A DNA stretch of 64,000 bases from an uncultured Clostridium sp. (lineage in GTDB: Bacteria; Bacillota; Clostridia; TANB77; CAG-508): assembly GCA_947064765.1 (NCBI GenBank), contig CAMSWH010000002.1, positions 4,976 to 68,975 of the forward strand, read 5' to 3'. Numbering within the stretch: the stretch's first letter is position 1; the number at the start of each line of letters is the position of its first letter. The notes under the pieces were generated by a model that worked only from the letters and a program-made list of their open reading frames with translations, had not been told where the DNA came from and searched no databases. The position numbers and the translations under genes were made by a program. This document shows positions 60,769-64,000 of the stretch, one piece after another.

Positions 60769-62055
60769 ATGAAAATTTTAATGCTATCATGGGAATATCC
60801 ACCAAGAGTTGTAGGAGGTATCGCAAGAGTTGTACATGACTTATCTCACAAATTAGTAAATGAAGGTTATGAAGTTACTGTTGTAACTTATAGGGATGGT
60901 AATGTACCTTATTACGAAGATGATGATGGTGTAGATGTTTATAGAGTTGATAATTTCATGATATCTTCTAACAATTTTATTGATTGGGTTATGCAACTTA
61001 ATTTTAATATGATAGCAAAAGTTGGAGAAATTATTTCTGAAAAAGGAAACTTTGATGTTATACATGCACATGACTGGCTTACAGCATATGCTGGAAAAAC
61101 TTTAAAATATGCTTATAACACACCTCTAGTTTCTACAATACATGCTACAGAAGCTGGTAGAAACAGTGGTATCCATGATGATATGCAAAAATATATTAAT
61201 GATACAGAATGGATGCTTACATATGAGTCTTCAGAAGTTATTGTTAATAGTAATTATATGAAAAATGAATTACAAAGATTATTTGGTCTTCCATATGAAA
61301 AAATAAATGTTATTCCTAATGGAGTTAACTTAAATCTTTTCAATGATGTTCAAAAAGATTATGATTTTAGAAGAAAATTTGCAATGGATAATGAAAAAAT
61401 AATTCTTTTTATAGGTAGACTTGTTTATGAAAAAGGAATTCAAACACTTATATCTGCAATGCCTAAAATACTTGCTAATTATCATGACTCAAAATTAATA
61501 ATAGCTGGTAAAGGTGGTATGCTTGATGAACTTAAAGCACAAGTAAATAGTTTAGGACTTGGAAATAAAGTTTACTTTACAGGACACTTAGCATCAAAAG
61601 ATGTTCAAAAAATGTATAAATGTGCAGATATTTCAGTATTTCCTAGTACTTATGAACCTTTTGGAATCGTTGCACTTGAAGCTATGCTTTCAGGAACACC
61701 TGTAGTTGTATCAGATATTGGTGGATTAAATGAAATTGTTGATCATGGAATAAATGGTATGAAAAGTTATGCTGGAAATGCTAATTCACTTGCAGACTCA
61801 ATTCTTTCATTATTATTTGATCCAAAACTTTGTGATACAGTTACTCAAAATGCTAAGTCAAAAGTTAAGGCCGAATATAATTGGACAAAGATTGCTGATA
61901 GCACACATTTAGCTTATGAAAAAGCAATTTGTGAAACAATGGCAAATCGCCAAGCCAAACAAATTGCTCAAGAAGAAGCTCAAAAAGAAATTAAAAAATC
62001 AAATGAAATTACAAATTTACTTTCTTTCAAAAAAAGTCGCCAAGCTTATGCTTAG
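60769..62055 (+). CDS. GT4-family glycosyltransferase, a probable glycogen synthase
   Basis: Start at ATG 60769, after AAAGGAG. Motifs WEYPPRVVGGIARVV and YEPFGIVALEAMLSGTPVV. The gene is divergent from the GH57 operon. Confidence 0.75.
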   Translation: MKILMLSWEYPPRVVGGIARVVHDLSHKLVNEGYEVTVVTYRDGNVPYYEDDDGVDVYRVDNFMISSNNFIDWVMQLNFNMIAKVGEIISEKGNFDVIHAHDWLTAYAGKTLKYAYNTPLVSTIHATEAGRNSGIHDDMQKYINDTEWMLTYESSEVIVNSNYMKNELQRLFGLPYEKINVIPNGVNLNLFNDVQKDYDFRRKFAMDNEKIILFIGRLVYEKGIQTLISAMPKILANYHDSKLIIAGKGGMLDELKAQVNSLGLGNKVYFTGHLASKDVQKMYKCADISVFPSTYEPFGIVALEAMLSGTPVVVSDIGGLNEIVDHGINGMKSYAGNANSLADSILSLLFDPKLCDTVTQNAKSKVKAEYNWTKIADSTHLAYEKAICETMANRQAKQIAQEEAQKEIKKSNEITNLLSFKKSRQAYA

Positions 62056-62076
62056 AAATTTAATATAAAAATAGTA

Positions 62077-62110
62077 AAACTCTTCTAAAATTTAGAAGAG
62101 TTTTATTTTT
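62077..62110 (+). terminator. Terminator after the GT4 gene
   Basis: aaaactcttcta-aaatt-tagaagagtttt followed by a T run. Confidence 0.65.
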
Positions 62111-62248
62111 TATATTATAGGCATGTTCCATAATTCCTATAATATAAGCTTTGTTATTACTGTTTAAGATTTTATAATACAAACACTTACAAATCCTTAT
62201 TTAAGAAGTTCTTTCCTATTAACTAAAAATGATATCTTAGTATCACTC

Positions 62249-62920
62249 TTAAATTAAATAATTTATTAAATATAAAATTATCATATGTACAGGGTAAAAT
62301 GCATAGAAAAAATATTTGATTTTTCTTCCCTGTTTTCCATTATATAGCAATATAAAAATAATAGGTACTATTGTATAAATTAAATAGAACATATTTTTTA
62401 TTTTAAGTAATGTATTTCCAAATATTAAATAGTAATATACTATTGACAAAGCTATATAAAAAATACTTAATAATATTTTTTTATTTCTAAATACATATAT
62501 TATAAATATAATTGCTATTCCCCACCAACTATAGTCTACTTTTAATATTTTTCCCGAATAAATTATTAATATTACTGCTAAACATGATATAATTTTATTT
62601 TTCCCCTTGTCATATATAAGTATTGCTGTTAAACCTAGTAATAATGTAAACATTATATTAAGCATTTGCCATTTTCCTACTAATGTCCTAAATAGCATAA
62701 AAGGAATTTGTGATATAACAGCAAATATTATAAGTCTTTTATAATACTTTTTTAAATTACTTGTATGAACATATCCCTCTGTAATTAAAAAAGCAAACAA
62801 TGGAAAAGATATTCTACCTAAATACTGTGTAAAATAGTTATCAATAATTGGAATTGCATATTTTATATGATCTAGTATCATGCTTAAGCAAGCAATTATT
62901 TTTATTATAAAACCTGTCAT
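62249..62920 (-). CDS. TraX-family membrane protein
   Basis: IIKIIACLSMILDHI N-terminus and a multi-TM 223-aa protein. Confidence 0.65.
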   Translation of the reverse strand: MTGFIIKIIACLSMILDHIKYAIPIIDNYFTQYLGRISFPLFAFLITEGYVHTSNLKKYYKRLIIFAVISQIPFMLFRTLVGKWQMLNIMFTLLLGLTAILIYDKGKNKIISCLAVILIIYSGKILKVDYSWWGIAIIFIIYVFRNKKILLSIFYIALSIVYYYLIFGNTLLKIKNMFYLIYTIVPIIFILLYNGKQGRKIKYFFYAFYPVHMIILYLINYLI

Positions 62921-62930
62921 ACTATTTTCC

Positions 62931-63380
62931 TTAATTTAATAATTCTTTTACAACTTCATTTATTGTTCTTCCATCAGCTGCTGCTCCTATTCTTGCTTTT
63001 GCTTCTTTCATAACAGCTCCCATATCTTTAATTGATGTAGCTCCTATATCAATTATAACTTTCTCTAATTCTACTTTTATTTCTTCTTTTGATAATTGCT
63101 TTGGTAGATATTCTTGTAATATTGATATTTCTTCGTTAGTTTGAGAAATTAAATCATCTCTTCCACCTTTTTCAAAATCAACAAGAGCATCTTTTTTCCC
63201 TTTTACTTCTTTTGCAATTATTTCAATTATTTTTTCATCTTCTACTGTAATTCCTTTATCTTTTTCGATTTGTAAAATTGCAGCTCTTACCATTTGAATT
63301 GCATTTTTTCTTACTTCATTTTTATCTCTCATTGCTATTTTTAAATCGTCCATTAATTTTTCTTTTAACATATTCTGCAC
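62931..63380 (-). CDS. GatB/YqeY-domain protein
   Basis: 149 aa with LKIAMRDKNEVRKNAIQMVRAAI and QEYLPKQLS. Confidence 0.85.
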   Translation of the reverse strand: MQNMLKEKLMDDLKIAMRDKNEVRKNAIQMVRAAILQIEKDKGITVEDEKIIEIIAKEVKGKKDALVDFEKGGRDDLISQTNEEISILQEYLPKQLSKEEIKVELEKVIIDIGATSIKDMGAVMKEAKARIGAAADGRTINEVVKELLN

Positions 63381-63534
63381 CCCTTTTCTGTATTATACTT
63401 TACTATAAAATTTATTTTTTTTCAATACTTTATTTTTTAGTTTGCATTTTAATTAATACTATCTTATCAATTTAATTCTAAACTATTTTCTTAATATATT
63501 AGCATTTTAGTTTATATATTTTTTTATTATTTAA

Positions 63535-64000
63535 TTAAAAAGTTATTAAATCCAAATAGCTAAATACAGAAACTTCTACTATTTTTTCCAATAAATCCTT
63601 ATATTGTTTTATTCTAAAATTTACAAATCCCTCTAAAACTATTTTTTTGTTTTCTAGTAAATAATCTTTTATAGTGTTTTTTAAAATATCATTTTTAAAG
63701 CCAATCTTTTCATCTGGTAATTCTAATATTTTTCTAGTTATTTCTTCAATATATTTTCTTTCTAATGCACTTAAATAAAAATAATTTTTTTCAACATTTT
63801 TATTTATTAAGTCTTCTTCATAAAAATGTTCTATACACTTTTTAATTACAACACTAATAGCTTCATAAAATTCATCAATATATTCTGACTCAGTATAATG
63901 TATTATTAAATTTTCATACGTTTTGAATCTGTAGTTAGAAATATACATATTAATAGGTAATTCTTCTAGCTTTTCTAGTAAATACTCTATTTTTTCTTCA
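63535..64000 (-). CDS. YtxC-like sporulation protein, N-terminus beyond the window
   Basis: The frame stays open upstream of the listed Met to position 64000 (…EEKIEYLLEKLEELPIN-MYISNY). The C-terminal LEGFVNFRIKQY pattern is present. Confidence 0.55.
   Translation of the reverse strand, partial: EEKIEYLLEKLEELPINMYISNYRFKTYENLIIHYTESEYIDEFYEAISVVIKKCIEHFYEEDLINKNVEKNYFYLSALERKYIEEITRKILELPDEKIGFKNDILKNTIKDYLLENKKIVLEGFVNFRIKQYKDLLEKIVEVSVFSYLDLITF

Overview
This is a low-GC chromosomal segment; hand counts of sample 60-nt lines give about 22-30% G+C. It comes from a spore-forming Firmicute and looks Clostridia-like, with sigH, spoIIP, a ytxC-like gene and a DUF1540 gene. I support about 55 protein genes, and all but four are on the minus strand. 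Most are housekeeping: smpB, fba, tmk, metG, ychF, tRNA-Thr(GGU), sigH, rny, murB, yvcK, pnp, rpsO, a divergent secD/secF-like pair, tgt, queA, coaE, rnhA, hisS, relA and recJ. There is also a GH57-type glycogen gene set: debranching enzyme, GH57 branching enzyme, DUF4912 and a GT4 synthase. I found no rRNA, CRISPR array, transposase, integrase or prophage genes. All product calls rest on motifs I recognise in the translations; no database search was possible.

Items worth a second look:
- A window-truncated HerA/FtsK/TraD-like P-loop ATPase (1-1713, minus strand) is missing from the ORF track.
- A fused Wzz/BY-kinase-like protein lacks a C-terminal tyrosine cluster, carries a ~590-aa extension and has no polysaccharide locus nearby.
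- Two single-gene patches of higher GC encode membrane-anchored orphans (13385-14524 and 48575-49201).
- A 30-nt box forms a 134-bp inverted-repeat element upstream of rny. It recurs at the same distance and orientation upstream of recJ, and in degenerate form upstream of rnhA.
- A 21-nt duplicate of the tRNA-Thr 3' end lies 91 bp from the intact gene.
- tmcAL is broken by two +1 frameshifts in the same TCGGAG context.
- A four-gene operon encodes a degenerate biotin-ligase-like protein, an ABC exporter and an ATP-grasp ligase.
- A 401-aa protein coupled to fba carries a degenerate HipA-like motif.
- An unlisted 56-aa DUF1540 gene lies between fba and the first WG-repeat gene.

None of these amounts to a complete, clearly novel multi-gene system that I can demonstrate from sequence alone.
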